Of a stretch of 64,000 nt of DNA, positions 1-12,763 are shown in pieces. Positions within the stretch are counted from its first letter, which is position 1, and every line of letters begins with the position of its first letter. Origin of the DNA: Balanoglossus misakiensis (lineage: Eukaryota > Animalia > Hemichordata); the NCBI GenBank assembly GCA_040954595.2, contig CM082598.2, positions 9,811,097-9,875,096 of the forward strand. The letters run 5' to 3'. The notes beneath the pieces were generated by a model. The model was not told where the DNA came from, searched no databases, and saw only the letters and a list, made by a program, of their open reading frames with translations. Position numbers and translations under genes: made by a program.

Positions 1-248
1 AGCCAAATATGGGCGTATGTAAATTGGAGGTGACCGTATACCTTTAAAGGTCAGTATTTAACCAAACGGAAATTACGTGGATCGTGTATTTTGTACACGA
101 GTACAACATATCAAGTTATCATCTTGAAATAAAGTTGAATGTCGCGATACTTTCAAAACCCCTCGATCGGTACGACTGTGCTTTTTAGAAGCTGGCTTTT
201 ATTCAAGCTTGTTGGTTGCACATGATCACAGCGCACAATGCAAGTACC

Positions 249-391
249 AGTGGTCGCAGAATGCAAATGCTAGTGGTCGCAGAATCAAAGTGCTAGTGGT
301 CGCAGAATCGAAGTGCTAGTGGTCGCAGATAGCATTTTCCTCAAAGTGTGACTAGCACTTTCTTGTCGCACAATGTGTTTTGAGACACCCG
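249..391. mobile_element. Right-end fragment of a Tc1/mariner-like element with about 4 tandem 23-bp units
   Basis: AGTGGTCGCAGA recurs every 23 bp over 249-329. The stretch ends TTTTGAGACACCCG|TA, a Tc1-like terminus followed by TA. No left end found. Confidence 0.4.
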
Positions 392-1733
392 TATATACCT
401 GCATTATCACCAGCATCAGCATCAGCAGCTTCAAGTCCACTGTAGCATATAGCAATCACGTTAGTCCCTTAAACACACCCTCAGCCATGACTTCAAGTCA
501 GTTATTAACCTTTCACTGCCAAAGTTCATCTTGATACCATATAATCCACCCTCTTCAATTCCTCCAGCCATGCTGTCCACCCAGTCACTCCACCCTCTTC
601 AATCCCTCCAGCCAGACACATCCCTCCAGTCATGTATTCCATTCCAGCTGGTCACTGTCCATTGAATCGCTCACCCTCATGAAGTACACCACTGTTCATC
701 TAACCACACTTCCCCAAAAGTGTCATTAAAAATCAAATAGTCCATTCCATCTTTTTATTATATTATATCATATCACTTTTATATCATTTTATATCTCTTT
801 CTGATACTTTCATGGTGGAAGACCTGTTTCAAAATTGTGTGATGGATGTGTGTGTCCGATTCATGTGTGTGTGTGTGTGTGTCAGTAATGAAAACCACCA
901 TCAAAAGTGACTGTTTGAGTGTTTCCAAGACATCATCATATCATTTACTGTAGCACAAACAGACATATACACATTTTACCAACAGCATGATGCATGACAT
1001 TAAGCTCTGCATGTAAACAACTGCATCATAGCTTAACATCTAGGCTTGTAGCTTCATTGATTGTTGCAGGAGGTCACTCTTGGTAAATGACGTAATAATG
1101 ACATAGCCTTGACGCTGCCACTGGATGAAGGTTGGGGGGGGGGGGGGCAATGTGCAAATTGAAATGGTTAATCGTGGAAAACTCAAATTACCCATAATAC
1201 TTAATAGCCAAGTCACAGTCAAGTCTACTGCTGTAGTAGAAAAGTTTAAAAAATATTTTTTTAATCACTATATCAGGCATTTCCTAGTATCCCAAATAGG
1301 CTCCATTTACATGCTCCTTAAATAAAACAAAAACATTATACAATGCAGCAGACAAGTAAACATTATGCGAAAAAATAAAACACAGAAATTTGCACACAAT
1401 AAATAGTCAAGATCATAAGTGTCTCTTCATTGGTAGTACCCAAACCAAAGTGAAAATTCATAGTGAACTAATTGAGATGCAGATCTCCACTAGAAAGTTT
1501 ATTGGTTTACTGCCTACCAGTATATGGCCTTGTATCATCAATAGGGTGACAGTGTCATTCACTGCGAAGAACCTCCTGCTACTTCATTGCATCTAGCCTT
1601 GGTGTGTGGATCCATGTGGAGACATTCCATAGATCACTAATGTGACATACCGCATGAAGTTGGCTGTAGCTGAACTGACACTTGCTTTGCAGCTTTTCTG
1701 TAATGCTTGGGCTAAATGGTGCACTCATTTATA

Positions 1734-1911
1734 CAGTGAAACCTGTCTAAACCAAACCTGTCTAATCTGGAAACCAGTATATATACCGAACACCTTTTCT
1801 CGTCACTTTGACCCAGAAGCACAATGTTAAATGAACATATAAACAAAACACATCTACAAACCGAACAGTTATTTCATTCCTTTTGGTGTTCGGTTTAGAA
1901 AGGTTTTATTG
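1734..1911. mobile_element. Tc1/pogo-like MITE (related copy 44118-44293)
   Basis: TA|CAGTGAAACCTGTCTAAACC ... GGTTTAGAAAGGTTTTATTG|TA, imperfect terminal inverted repeats (TIRs) with TA flanks. Confidence 0.6.
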
Positions 1912-2057
1912 TAGATTGGTATTAATTATCATTGAAATTTGCTTTACAGCTATGGGTTGCAGCATGTATATACCACAGACATTTCTCAGTTGATTTTCAT
2001 CCTCATAGTTTTCTTTTTAATAGATCGCCATGACATCTGTTCCAACTACAAATACTT

Positions 2058-2766
2058 AGGGGTTATTACACGAATTTTGGTCGATAACGCGTCGTATTCG
2101 AGTGATGTCCATATTTTGACAAGTTGCAAAGCAACGATTCAAAATACGGACATCACGAGAATGCGTCGCGTTATCAACCAAAATTCGTGTAATAACCCCT
2201 TCATCATACATGCCTACCTATAAAACAGTACGATTTGCGAAAATGCGCCGAGAAAAACGATTTCAAATTTGAACCGGCCGCCCTGGGATCACGGCAGTAG
2301 CCATGTTGTGACGTATGACGTGTGGGCCGTAGTATCATTTTAAGGGGGTTGGCAGCTTTCATTACGATGGGCACATCCGCATTCTAAAGAAAATTGTCTA
2401 CGTTCTCCTTTCAAAATATCATGTTAACAATTATTTCGCATTGAGAATTCCGAAGAAGTAAAAATGTTACATTCAACATGACAAAACCGCCAGCTTTGAA
2501 AACTTTATTACAGCTTCTAATAACCGAATTTTACAACACCCCTCTACACGAGAGTCCTATGCCCCGTATGTTGCTCGCGCGCGCAGCGAACTGTCGCGCC
2601 GTTCACTGAGTCAATGCTGCATGTGCTGTGTGATGATTTCAGCGCGTTCTCAAAAATAGTTCGAGACGCGGACGCGATATTTCACATTGTGAAATACCGT
2701 AAAATATCCTCGGGGCGAGAACAATAGAAAGTGTTAAATACCCGTACAGGCGTTGCATGTATGATG
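2058..2766. mobile_element. Palindrome-ended non-autonomous element (possibly Crypton-like)
   Basis: 143-bp imperfect palindrome at 2058-2200, then CATCATACATGC (2202) and its inverse GCATGTATGATG (2755-2766). No ORF and no TSD seen. Confidence 0.55.
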
Positions 2767-3040
2767 TATACCAAAACAAAAGTCAAGGATGTGTTAACTC
2801 CAAAAGTGAAAGTGATGTCATTTCCATAGAATGTTTCAACAAAACAAGTTGGACATTTTATTCACTTGCAAGTGACTTTAAAAGGGTGTTAACAATTTTC
2901 TTCCAGGTTGTCTTATAAAAAATTTAATCACTAATGAAATGTCAGTCTATAACTTAAAATAATGAGCTGTTCAATCACAATGCAATCTACTAGATTCAAT
3001 ACACGATCACTCCTGGAAAATAACCTTTTGACTTCATTAA

Positions 3041-3540
3041 AGGCACGTAAGCTGCAACTGGATAAAAAATTAAAATTTTAAATAATCTCATATATGCTTT
3101 TAATTATGTCTATTAAATGCTATTTCATGATAATATATCAAGCTCAACACTTATTTATGACAAAATGGCCAAAAATTAAAGAAAAACGAAAATTCCTGCA
3201 ATTTTAAAAAAAGTGCAATATTACAGTGAAAAAAGGAAAAATATAATGTCTCAGTGGTGTATATTTACTTCCATGAGCTCAAGTGGATGAGATCGTGTTT
3301 TATTTATGAAGTTTCAAAACCGGAAATGCAACATTTTCATTGTTTCTTGCATTTTCCCACGGGGGCGGCCATAATCGCTTGCGGCAAAGGTTTATTATTT
3401 ATCTGGTTAAAACTTGCATATGCACTCATATTTAGGGTTTATAATGTATTGTTCACTGCCTCCATCTGCATGGACTAATGGTAGTGCAGTTTGAAACAAA
3501 AATTATGAAAATTATCCCAAAAGTTACAGCTTACGTGCCT
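3041..3540. mobile_element. Kolobok-like MITE (partial second copy about 15170-15412)
   Basis: TTAA|AGGCACGTAAGCTG ... CAGCTTACGTGCCT|TTAA, a perfect 14-bp TIR with TTAA TSD and RR..YY ends. Confidence 0.75.
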
Positions 3541-3755
3541 TTAAAAGCACAAATTCCTGGAACGTCCCAGAAGCTAAGCGTGGATTGTGTGAACATGATG
3601 CTACCAATATAATAGACAGATACCAACACCAAGGATTCTCATCCAGAAATGCCAAGGTGGTGGTTATCTGACATGTTCACTTTGTTGAATACAGCAATCC
3701 TCTTGAGCACAGATTTTGATTGTCACTTCAAAAGTTGAAACTTATGAATAGTTAA

Positions 3756-4170
3756 GGATGTACGTGCAGAACGTACACTGGTATTGGTAAACAGCATGCG
3801 TGGGTCTCTTTCCCATAGGATTGCATTCATAATTGCTAGAAAATAAACTTCTACTATTGTTATTTTCACGAAATTTTACACATAGCTCAGTCAAGTAAAT
3901 ATAAATTCATTGGTCAATAAAATTGTGTGGTCACTGCGCTCTATTTTGATATAAGTTGCGTTAAAATTTTTGCCCATAGACAAACCACTGCCTGGTGAAA
4001 AAGGCCGAGTCAGCAGTTTTCTTCAATTACTGACTAAATTCATGGCTCTGTATTTCAAAAACAAGTGCGGTGACCTCTATATTTTATCACAGATTTTCAT
4101 TACACATACAAAGAAGAAACCAAAAATCAACAATTAAAAGAAATGACAATACTTTCAATTTTACTGAACA
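3756..4170. mobile_element. Kolobok-like MITE, degenerate copy of 53340-53752
   Basis: Starts TTAA|GGATGTAC and its body aligns by eye with 53340-53752. Confidence 0.6.
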
Positions 4171-4740
4171 TATATCTGTAATGAGTGTTTGTAATCTGCA
4201 CTGTAGTACAGGCAATACAATCAGTGGTAATCAGTGCTTCATGCTGCATTGCTGTTATTCTGATATCATCTTCTCATTCTATTCTTCACAGCAATATCAA
4301 AAAATTTCATTGGTTTGTGTTTGTATTGACATTGCATGTTCAATCAATCTATTCAGTGCGGTAGGAAATGTTTGTGATTGACAACAATCTAACCAACCTT
4401 AAATGAAATACATCTGTTAATTTCTTGTCATATGGGTTCTACATTATACAAAAATGTACAAAATTTCTATGGGATTCATACACAATACCACTATAATTTC
4501 ATATAACGTATTGCAAATATATGAAGACATTGAATCACAGGTAAACTGTACATGCTGTTCATGTAGTTGCTTAAACCCAGGTACAGCAGCAGACTTATAC
4601 TATTATTTAGTTTTGTGGATTTGTTAATGATATCACAAATGGGTAAATGGTTAGAATAGATGTACAATCACAAGCTAATTTAAAATATGAGAACAAATTT
4701 TTGAAATTATACTAACCATCCGTAATAATCTTCCTTTCAG

Positions 4741-4923
4741 CGAATCTTTGCCAATTTTGCTAGAGAGTTCAAGGATCACCTCGAAGGATTCAAACAGATT
4801 TTTGACAGTCCTGACCCACACCGTGAATCTCTGCCAGGACATTGGAATGAGGATTTAGATGACTTTCAGAAACTTGTAGTTCTGAGATGTATCCGTGCTG
4901 ATAAAGTTACAAATGCCATGCAG
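4741..4923 (+). CDS. DNAH1: Dynein axonemal heavy chain 1-like, first exon visible in window (gene continues upstream)
   Basis: ttcctttcag|CGA...ATGCAG|gtaac, 183 nt. Translates RIFANFAREFKDHLEGFKQIFDSPDPHRESLPGHWNEDLDDFQKLVVLRCIRADKVTNAMQ, matching the DNAH1 FQKLxxLRCxRxDKVTNAMQ motif. Confidence 0.93.
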
Positions 4924-4949
4924 GTAACAAGTTCTTCAAGTCTTTGAAA

Positions 4950-5200
4950 TTTTTAGGTCCCATTTTGGTTTATATATGCCATAGGACCTTATGGAATCAG
5001 TTGCTTCTAAATGTATGTATGGGTGTATGTCTGTCCACATCAAAAATTTGGAAACCGCTTGGCATATCACCTTGATATTTTGTGTGCAGATGCAAGATGG
5101 ACTGTAGATGGGAGTTTGTTAAAATATGAAATAGGTCGAAACTCATATACACAACTACTGGTCAGATTGATCTGAAAATTGGTATGCATGTATCTTACGT
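4950..5200 (+). mobile_element. Helentron/HINE-like repeat fragment (related copy about 50795-51080)
   Basis: T-run, then AGGTCCCAT..GGACCT 5' hairpin and a TGTA/TGGA microsatellite. Body is shared with 50795-51080. Confidence 0.45.
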
Positions 5201-5307
5201 CAATCTCACAGTCCTGAAAGTTTTTATGTTATATCATGCTAAAGTGATATTCGGTCATTCTGATACTTTGTAACAGAAAAAATGTGAAAAAAGTAGATTG
5301 ACCTTAA

Positions 5308-5700
5308 AGGGGAAATCCGGTCCAGCTGATTTCTACATAATTTGGTAGCTTTGAGGTCACTCTTTCAGAAAGAACACACCTTCGCTGTGTATAAGTCGCG
5401 CGATTTTTTACAAAAACAAGGGAAAGTTGGCAGAATTTCCAACATGGCGTTTACTGTAATTTGAATCATGGGAAAAAAAGCGCCAGGACCAACTTCCGCC
5501 CACCTTTGTGTGGGTGATACCATTTTCCAATGGGTGTTACTAGGCGACAGACTAGGCGTATTTGCATAGCTATTGTTTATACTTTGAGTCAGTTGATAAA
5601 CAATCAGGAGCAAAGTCGAAAATTTGTCATCTGTTGACAGTTTTCATGAGCTATAATATACTTAGCCTGTTACGCAGTGACACCAATCGGAAAATGGGAC
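5308..5700. mobile_element. Kolobok-like long-TIR element, left part (family also at 20640-21249 and 62700-62898)
   Basis: TTAA|AGGGGAAATCCG start. About 200 bp is shared with both arms of 20640-21249 and with 62700-62898, which end GGATTTCCC(C)T|TTAA. Confidence 0.65.
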
Positions 5701-6266
5701 ACTTTATCGACTAAATTTTTTTTTTTTTGTTAGATGGGTCATACACAATCCCCTGTTAAAATTTGAGCAAATTCGGCCAACGCAGAGCGAAGCTAAATTC
5801 TTCTGAAGTTGTCAAAAGCAGCGAAAATGCAAACTGAGAAAAACGGCAATTTGCATTGTTGACACCTATTTCTTAAGCTGTGGACTCATTCAGAAAAGTG
5901 CTATTTTTGGGTGATTATGCACCATTTCCACCAAGACGCATTTGTCAGAATGTGGATCAGTATTAGACCTACTGATTTATGTAAAAAAATAAAATTTGGC
6001 AAAAATCACAACTTTTCATGCAATGCCACCTTAATATGTCAACTACAAAGACAGAAATGTTTGACCAAAGGAAGTCATGAAATACAGTAAACATATCATT
6101 TCTTCCATCTCTTACTACAGTGAGTTGTCGACCTTTACCCAGAATGCAATTATTATAATATGATTTGACCCCTAGCACAAAGTTAACAGCAATTAAGGCA
6201 GCCAGATTTGCTCACATCACAGCTATATAATAACCATAGAAATAACATATGATTTGTCATATCTAG

Positions 6267-6470
6267 GATTATGTGGCTGGTCATCTTGGCCAACGCTTTA
6301 TTGAACCACAGACAGCAGATTTGGCCATAGCCTACAAGGATTCATCACCACAAACACCACTGATTTTTGTACTATCTGCGGGTACCGATCCTGCGGCTGA
6401 TCTATACAAATTTGCTGAAGAAATGAGATTTGCCAAGAAGTTGAGTTCCATCTCACTTGGACAGGGACAG
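6267..6470 (+). CDS. DNAH1: DNAH1-like exon (start of AAA6 region)
   Basis: atctag|GAT...GGACAG|gtaaag, 204 nt. DYVAGHLGQRFIEPQT...PLIFVLSAGTDPAADLYKFAEEM...ISLGQGQ. Confidence 0.97.
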
Positions 6471-7330
6471 GTAAAGTAACCAACACTTTCTTTTTTATCA
6501 GACGATCCCTATGAAGTGATTATGGTGTGTTATTACACCTCACGTATTATGTCGTGGCTGAGACTCACTCATGGCATAGAAAAAAAGTGATATAACACGG
6601 CTAGAGTAGATAAAGCCCAGTGATATTGCCACTGGGTTGTTTTGGCGTTCTACGCGCGACTTCTGCACATAACAAACTGTCATTCAATGGCTTCCTCCAC
6701 GATCAGTCAGCTCCCGCATCTATGGCTTCAAAGCAACACACAGGCTAAACACCTGTTCAACTGGACGATATTTTACTGCAAACGGATAGTAAATACACCA
6801 AAATCGCAACCAACAGCACAATATCCTCAAAATTATCTTCGAAGTAGGTATATACATCTACAGTTTTTGGGAGCTCGAGACATTTAGTTCACTGCAACGT
6901 ACAACCTTCTTATATGATGTATGTATGTTCAAATGTTTGGCGTAATAAAGTTAATAACACATGATGCTCGGGCAACATCGCTATCATGTGTTATTATTTA
7001 AATCATGTGTGCTTCTTCCCTCCATATATGGTCGACATCGGCCGCACCATGAATACTAACCATCTATTACGATGTAGTCCTACATCGGCAGTTATACAAT
7101 GTATATATACAGTTATGTAATTTGTAAATATCCCAGTTACAGAACTAAATTCCAACTAATCATAGACCGAAGGTGCAAAATGGGGCCACAAACCGATCGC
7201 CCAGAATAGGAGTACAGATTGACAGCACAGAATGGGGGTGCAGACTGATGTCACTGAGTGAAATGTGCGTCGGTCAGATTGGTGTGCAGACGATTTCTGA
7301 CCCCTCATATAGCTCTGTTCATGCAGTATA

Positions 7331-7681
7331 CACATATTGAATGGCCATGAGAGCAACAGCATATGTCTGAAACCCAAGGGACTGTGAGTCACCCCCCAAA
7401 AACAGACTGTTTCCCGAGGCAAAAGGCCAAGTGAAACAAGGGGGGGGGGGGGGGGGTGACTCACAGTCCCGAGGGGTAAAAGACATATATGTTGCCTGAA
7501 AGGCCAGTCAATATGTGTTTTGTAACATCCGCAGCCATGCATAAGAACTCACCATACACAAAGTAAGCCGGCATCATTTTTCGGAACTGATGCCCGGCAG
7601 GCAACAGCACAAAAAGAACCCACACCACGTGACTATCAATTGACGAATGAGAACACAGTCTTCGGATGAGGTGTGTTACAA
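7331..7681. mobile_element. Palindrome-ended element
   Basis: About 187-bp imperfect palindrome CACATATTGA..TCAATATGTG (7331-7517), then a short TTGTAACA..TGTTACAA bracket. Confidence 0.45.
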
Positions 7682-8245
7682 TGGTCTATGGAGCACTACT
7701 GGTCCAAGTTTCATATCTTGAGTTACCATTTTGAGTGTACTGTGATGCTGCATCCACCGGGATGCAAGTCAAATATTGTGTCTTGAATGCTTAATGATGT
7801 GTCAAACATGCAGGATTTATGCATAAACACGATCTGTGTTCGTTTTGTTGTTTGTAGCCACAAAGTTGCAAATTTATATCATAACACCGTTGTGCTAGCT
7901 GAGTGTGTGTCCAATAAGAAATAGTCAAGTACAGCAATAGGGCTGAAGGATTTCGGGCTGCCAATACTCAACTTTGGACTACCAACTTCAGAAAAGGGTA
8001 GCCCACTTAGCAGGTCTTTCATTGTGTCATATGTACACTGCCAAATTTTTATGTTCTATATTCTTCCTGTCACTGTACTTCCACTATTTACAAATAGAAA
8101 CTGAGTTAGGTATGTGTAAGTGACCATAGTCTCATGATAGAGAAAGACAAACATACCAGATCAAAACTGCCCATAAAATGCTATACGGGGAATCATGAGT
8201 TCGCGACGCAGTTACACGAGTGAGGAATAAGGGGGAATTATATTT

Positions 8246-8836
8246 TTATCACATACATGGATCCGTTAATTTTGATTTTCAAATAAAACTGTTTCGTGAA
8301 AAATTAAAGATCAATGTTATGCGGTCTATCTGTCAGGTCACGACCTGGACGATTCTGGTTTTGAAGAGCCTTTGTCTGTCGCGCATCAGCTGGATTTCAT
8401 CGTCCCTCAAGGTTTCACTGGAGCAGGAAACCTTAGTTTTTTATGCCTTTTGCTCAGACCGTTTTGCTCTAATCGCATCGTAATTTTTTTCGAATACTTA
8501 ATTTTGTACCTGTCGCTCGATCGAGGACGCGACGACATTGGCTCAGCACTGCTGCCATCCTCGCGACAGTTTTGGTGCCAGTTGGTGCGATAAAAAATGT
8601 AAACTAATCATCGATCGTCCATATTTTTACACATGAAACACTTTGGGTATTCTTTATATCGAAAAAAAAACCAACACTTACACTGAATTTCGCCGTCCAA
8701 AGAGAACTGTGTTTACAAGCTTAAAGTAGTTCCAGTTGGTGACGTCAGAAGGATGGTAATAACAATAACGCTTGGCCCATATTACCATCCCTCTGACGTC
8801 ATACTATGGTAATATGCGGAGCTATGTATGTGATAA
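8246..8836. mobile_element. Inverted-repeat-bracketed element of the same class, palindrome missing or truncated
   Basis: TTATCACATACAT (8246) and ATGTATGTGATAA (8824-8836). Internal hairpin at 8741-8800. Confidence 0.4.
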
Positions 8837-9090
8837 GAAAAAAATAAATCCGAAATGAAAAATAAATAAAATCAGAGTGCAATTGAATTCACACTGCTTA
8901 CCATGGACTCTTGTGTTAAAACAGTACGTAGCCTTTTAGTGTATGTTTTATAATTCTTGCTGAGGTTAATTAGTTCATGACTATTTTTCACCTTTGAAGG
9001 GAACAATTTAAATAGATTTATTGTTCATATTAATACACGAAATTGAATGAATATTAATTAATAGTCCCTGTCAACGATATATGCCTACAG

Positions 9091-9222
9091 GGTCCACGTG
9101 CAGAAGCCATGATGCGAAGTGCCATGGACCGTGGTAAATGGGTCTTCTTTCAAAATTGTCATCTGTCACCTAGTTGGATGCCTGCATTGGAAAGATTGAT
9201 TGAAAACATTGACCCTGATAAG
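9091..9222 (+). CDS. DNAH1: DNAH1-like exon
   Basis: ctacag|GGT...GATAAG|gtaagc, 132 nt. GPRAEAMMRSAMDRGKWVFFQNCHLSPSWMPALERLIENIDPDK. Confidence 0.97.
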
Positions 9223-9244
9223 GTAAGCTTGGTCTGTAGCCTCT

Positions 9245-9492
9245 GTTTCTGTCCCCTCTGTCTCCTCCTGTCCTATCTATCTATTTGTCTGTCTGCATGC
9301 CTGCCTGCCTGCTTGCCTGTCTGTCTGTCCACATACCACTGTCTGATGGTATAAAAATATGTCTGTCTGCCATCAGCCACCCAGCAGTCAGTCAGTCTAT
9401 CTGTCTGCGTGTTTGTCTGTCTGCCTGCCCGTCTGTCTGTCTGACTGGCTTGCTTGCTGACTGGCTGGCTACCTGGCTAGCTAGCTAGCTGG
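9245..9492. repeat. Degenerate CTGT/CTGC/CTGG tetranucleotide microsatellite
   Basis: Directly visible low-complexity tract just after the donor site. Confidence 0.8.
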
Positions 9493-9702
9493 CAAACTTG
9501 CATAGCACCAAATGTCTAAAGAAAAACAATGCTTAGTGGGACATCCTTGGCTGTTCAATTACAAGCTCATAATTTATCTAATGCTGAAATCATTGGGACT
9601 TCATAACATCTAACTTGTCATTGTAGTCATGGGTATGACTTTAGGACTTTTGGTATGAAAAGACACACAGAGGAAACAAAATTCTTTTTGGATCATTGTT
9701 AA

Positions 9703-11542
9703 GGGACCGTTCAGTTTATACGGTGGGGGGGGGGGCGGCGGCAAAATCCAGGGGGGGGGGGGTCACTTAAATTTTGAAGTCCAAAAGGGGGGGGGGGTCA
9801 TCTGGTTTTTTTAAACATTTAGGGGGGGTCACATACTTTTGCCACCGAACTTTTGCTTTTGAGTCCACAAAATTGCAGTTTCGCGCCCTTTATTTTACAA
9901 AATTTTCTACCCACCCCCTTCATTCTCTGCCACATTTTGTTTTTTGCTGGTTTGTCTAGTGTACCAGGGCAGAGTGCTTGCCATCTCAACCCCACTGATG
10001 ATAATATTTAACAAAGTAAATACATAAAGGAGAATAATCGTTTAAACCATTTCGCATAACTGATAATTTCGTGCTGCAATCTATATACTAGAAGTTTTAT
10101 AAATGATGTCATGACAAAGATGACGCCAAATCTAACTTTGAGTGGAGTGGCAAAAAGTAAAATTGGTCCTCCCAAACATTGAGATAATTTGCTTTTGAGT
10201 TCATAAAAATGCAACTTTGAGCTACATATTTTACAAAATTTTATTATGTGGGAGGCGGACACCACCCCCTCAATTCTTCGTCACAAATCATTTATTCGCT
10301 GGTTTGTCTAGTAAACCAGGGCAGACTTCTTCCCACCCCAACCCATGCTTACTTTGAGTGAAGTGTCAAAATTAAAATTTGTCCTGCCTAACATTGACTG
10401 ATTGAGTTTGCTTTTGAGTTCATTAAAATGCAACTTTGAGCACCGTATTTAAAAAAAAATTATTATGTGGCCCACCCCAGCCACTTTTCTTGTTAGCTCT
10501 GCTGTCACTTGTATCAGCCGAGCTGTAGCAGTAGGTTAATAAGTGTCCGTCCGTCCTTCGTCCTTTGTCCATCGTCTGTCGTCCGTCGTCCGTCAACTTT
10601 TGAGATTTCAATCTTCTTCTTTAAAACTACTTGGCATATTTAGCTGAAATTTGGTTGGAATGTGTGTTATGGTGCCCTTACCTGATTTTGTTAATTTGGA
10701 TTTGATAGGTTCATGAATATGCAAATTAGATCTAAAAATAGAATTTTTGGTCAAAAATCTTCTTCTCCATAACTACATGTACGATGGAGCTGAAATTTGG
10801 TAGGAATGTGTGTTATGGTGCCCCTACCTGATTTTGTTAATTTGGATATGATGGGGTCATAAATATGCAAATTAGATCTAAAAATAGAATTTTTGGAGAA
10901 AAAAATCTTCTTCTCCCTAACTACATGTACGGTGGAGCTGAAATTGGGAATGTGTGGTATGGTGCCCCTACCTGATTTTGTCAATTGGAATTTTGATGGG
11001 GTCATGAATATGCGAATTAGAACCTTGGTGCTTCCTTTTGATGTTGTTCTTTAGGATTCAATTCTTTCTTTCTTTAGCGCAATGAATCAAGCTAAATTTG
11101 GATAAATACTTGTGATGTTTATGTTTGGTTTTGTTCAATAGAATACAATTGTTATGAATTAAAACCTAGGGTATTCATATCATCGCCCAGGTTACTCTGT
11201 TAAAGTCAGCAGAGCTCTTTTGACCGATGGGTCACTTGTTTTACCAATTCTAGCAACTATTGTTAGTATTGACTTGTCATTTTATTATGTTCATAGATTT
11301 CTTTATTGCAACGATATACTATTATATACTTCAATTACTTTAAGAAATTTATAATTGAGGTGTGAGGAGCCTCATTCCCTTTATTGCATAGAGTGTACAT
11401 AGGATCAGGACGGCGAATGTTTTCGGCGTGGGGGGGGGGGGTCATCATTTTTTGGTGCTGGGTGAATGGGGGTCGGCCTGATTTTGAAAACCGATGACAC
11501 AAACTTGCCGCCCACCCCCAGCCGTAACAACTGAACGGTCCC
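9703..11542. mobile_element. PIF/Harbinger-like non-autonomous element (partial second copy about 19435-19965)
   Basis: TAA|GGGACCGTTCAGTT ... AACTGAACGGTCCC|TAA, a 14-bp TIR with 3-bp TAA TSD. Interrupted by the element at 10493-11240. Confidence 0.8.
10493..11240 (+). mobile_element. Helentron-associated (HINE/DINE-1-like) element with 3 x ~146-bp core repeats
   Basis: Subterminal inverted repeat AGCTCTGCTG/CAGCAGAGCT, GTCC/GTC microsatellite, tandem cores, 3' hairpin TGACC-gatg-GGTCA, inserted in a T-run without a TSD. Confidence 0.75.
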
Positions 11543-11679
11543 TAAGTTATTTCTTGGAAATATGCTGTGTACATGAAAAATACAGTCTTCCACTGTGTAT
11601 ACATCTTTGCATAGAATTAAATTTTGTAATATTCTTTTTGCAAATCCAGTAACTCTGATATACTCTCTATTTGATGTAG

Positions 11680-11853
11680 GTTCATCGTGATTTCCGTCTA
11701 TGGTTAACAAGTATGCCGAGTCCTCGATTCCCAGTGCCTGTCTTACAGAATGGTGCTAAGATGACCATGGAACCCCCCAAAGGCATCAAAGCTAATTTGT
11801 TACAATCCTATGTCAGCTACAATGATGACCTGCTAAATTCATGTGGTGAAAAG
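11680..11853 (+). CDS. DNAH1: DNAH1-like exon
   Basis: atgtag|GTT...GAAAAG|gtatgt, 174 nt. [58 protein letters not shown]. Confidence 0.97.
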
Positions 11854-11879
11854 GTATGTCGTATCACAGTATTTTGATT

Positions 11880-12101
11880 TTGTTTCACGCAATCTAAAAA
11901 ATATGTGCTGTTCTGATTACCCAACCTGCCCTAATATTAGCCCGCTGACCCTAAACTTTTTAGAGCTCCGTAAACTGGAAATAAAAATACGGCGGCCAGA
12001 GAATTAAAAAGAAAATTGCAAAATAAAAGAATTTCCCTACCTACCTACCCTATTTTTGAAAACCATGTAATCAGAACAGCATATATTATTTTATTTGGCC
12101 T
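11880..12101. mobile_element. Small MITE, Harbinger-like
   Basis: ATATGTGCTGTTCTGATTAC / GTAATCAGAACAGCATATAT inverted pair, right end ATTTGGCCT. Confidence 0.4.
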
Positions 12102-12763
12102 CATTATAATTGTCAAGGTTTGTTGACCATACAAACTTGACTACCCCACATGCTGTACTCTGTACGCAGCGACAGTACCATTATCAAATCCATACCGTAC
12201 AGCACAGGGGCGTGTAATCTTGTCTACTCTGGATCTCTGTGCGAGTTAGCGAGTGTGGATGGAAGCAAGTGCATGATGACTGATGTAAACGATCGCGCAC
12301 TGCGAATAGTATTACTGAGAATGTGTAGGCTCGCTATCATATTATGTTAAAACCAAAGGCAGACACCAAATCAGGATGGCGTGTGACATCCACGAAATAA
12401 CAGATTTTTAAAATAAAAAACTGATACCTATAGCGATAAAATGTGTCAAATAAACCTGTCTCTTTCTCACAATGAACAAAAGTTAGGAAAAGGGGCATTT
12501 TGTCACCTGACCTATGAAGAACCAACTGCTCTGTATGTAAATTGATTATTGGGGTCAGTGACGTCGCTAAATAATTCTAGAACATTGATTGGCTAGGAAG
12601 TTCGAAGGCAGTGGCTCTGCCCCTTGACAAAGTTGCAGATGACAAGATGGCTGCGCACTGCACGCCTTCGATTTGATTGACGTACAGAGCAGTCGGTTCT
12701 CGCATCTGGGCTTGGTGTCCGCCCTTGATGTGTTTTTAGACACACGCAGTCAGTAACTGGAAG

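Noticed and set aside
1400-3730. Minus-strand peptide-like scraps (LSFWDVPGI, VFVVGT) reminiscent of Roc/GTPase motifs once MITEs are removed
   Set aside because: Several stops, no P-loop and no splice structure. Motifs this short can arise by chance, so a profile search would be needed.
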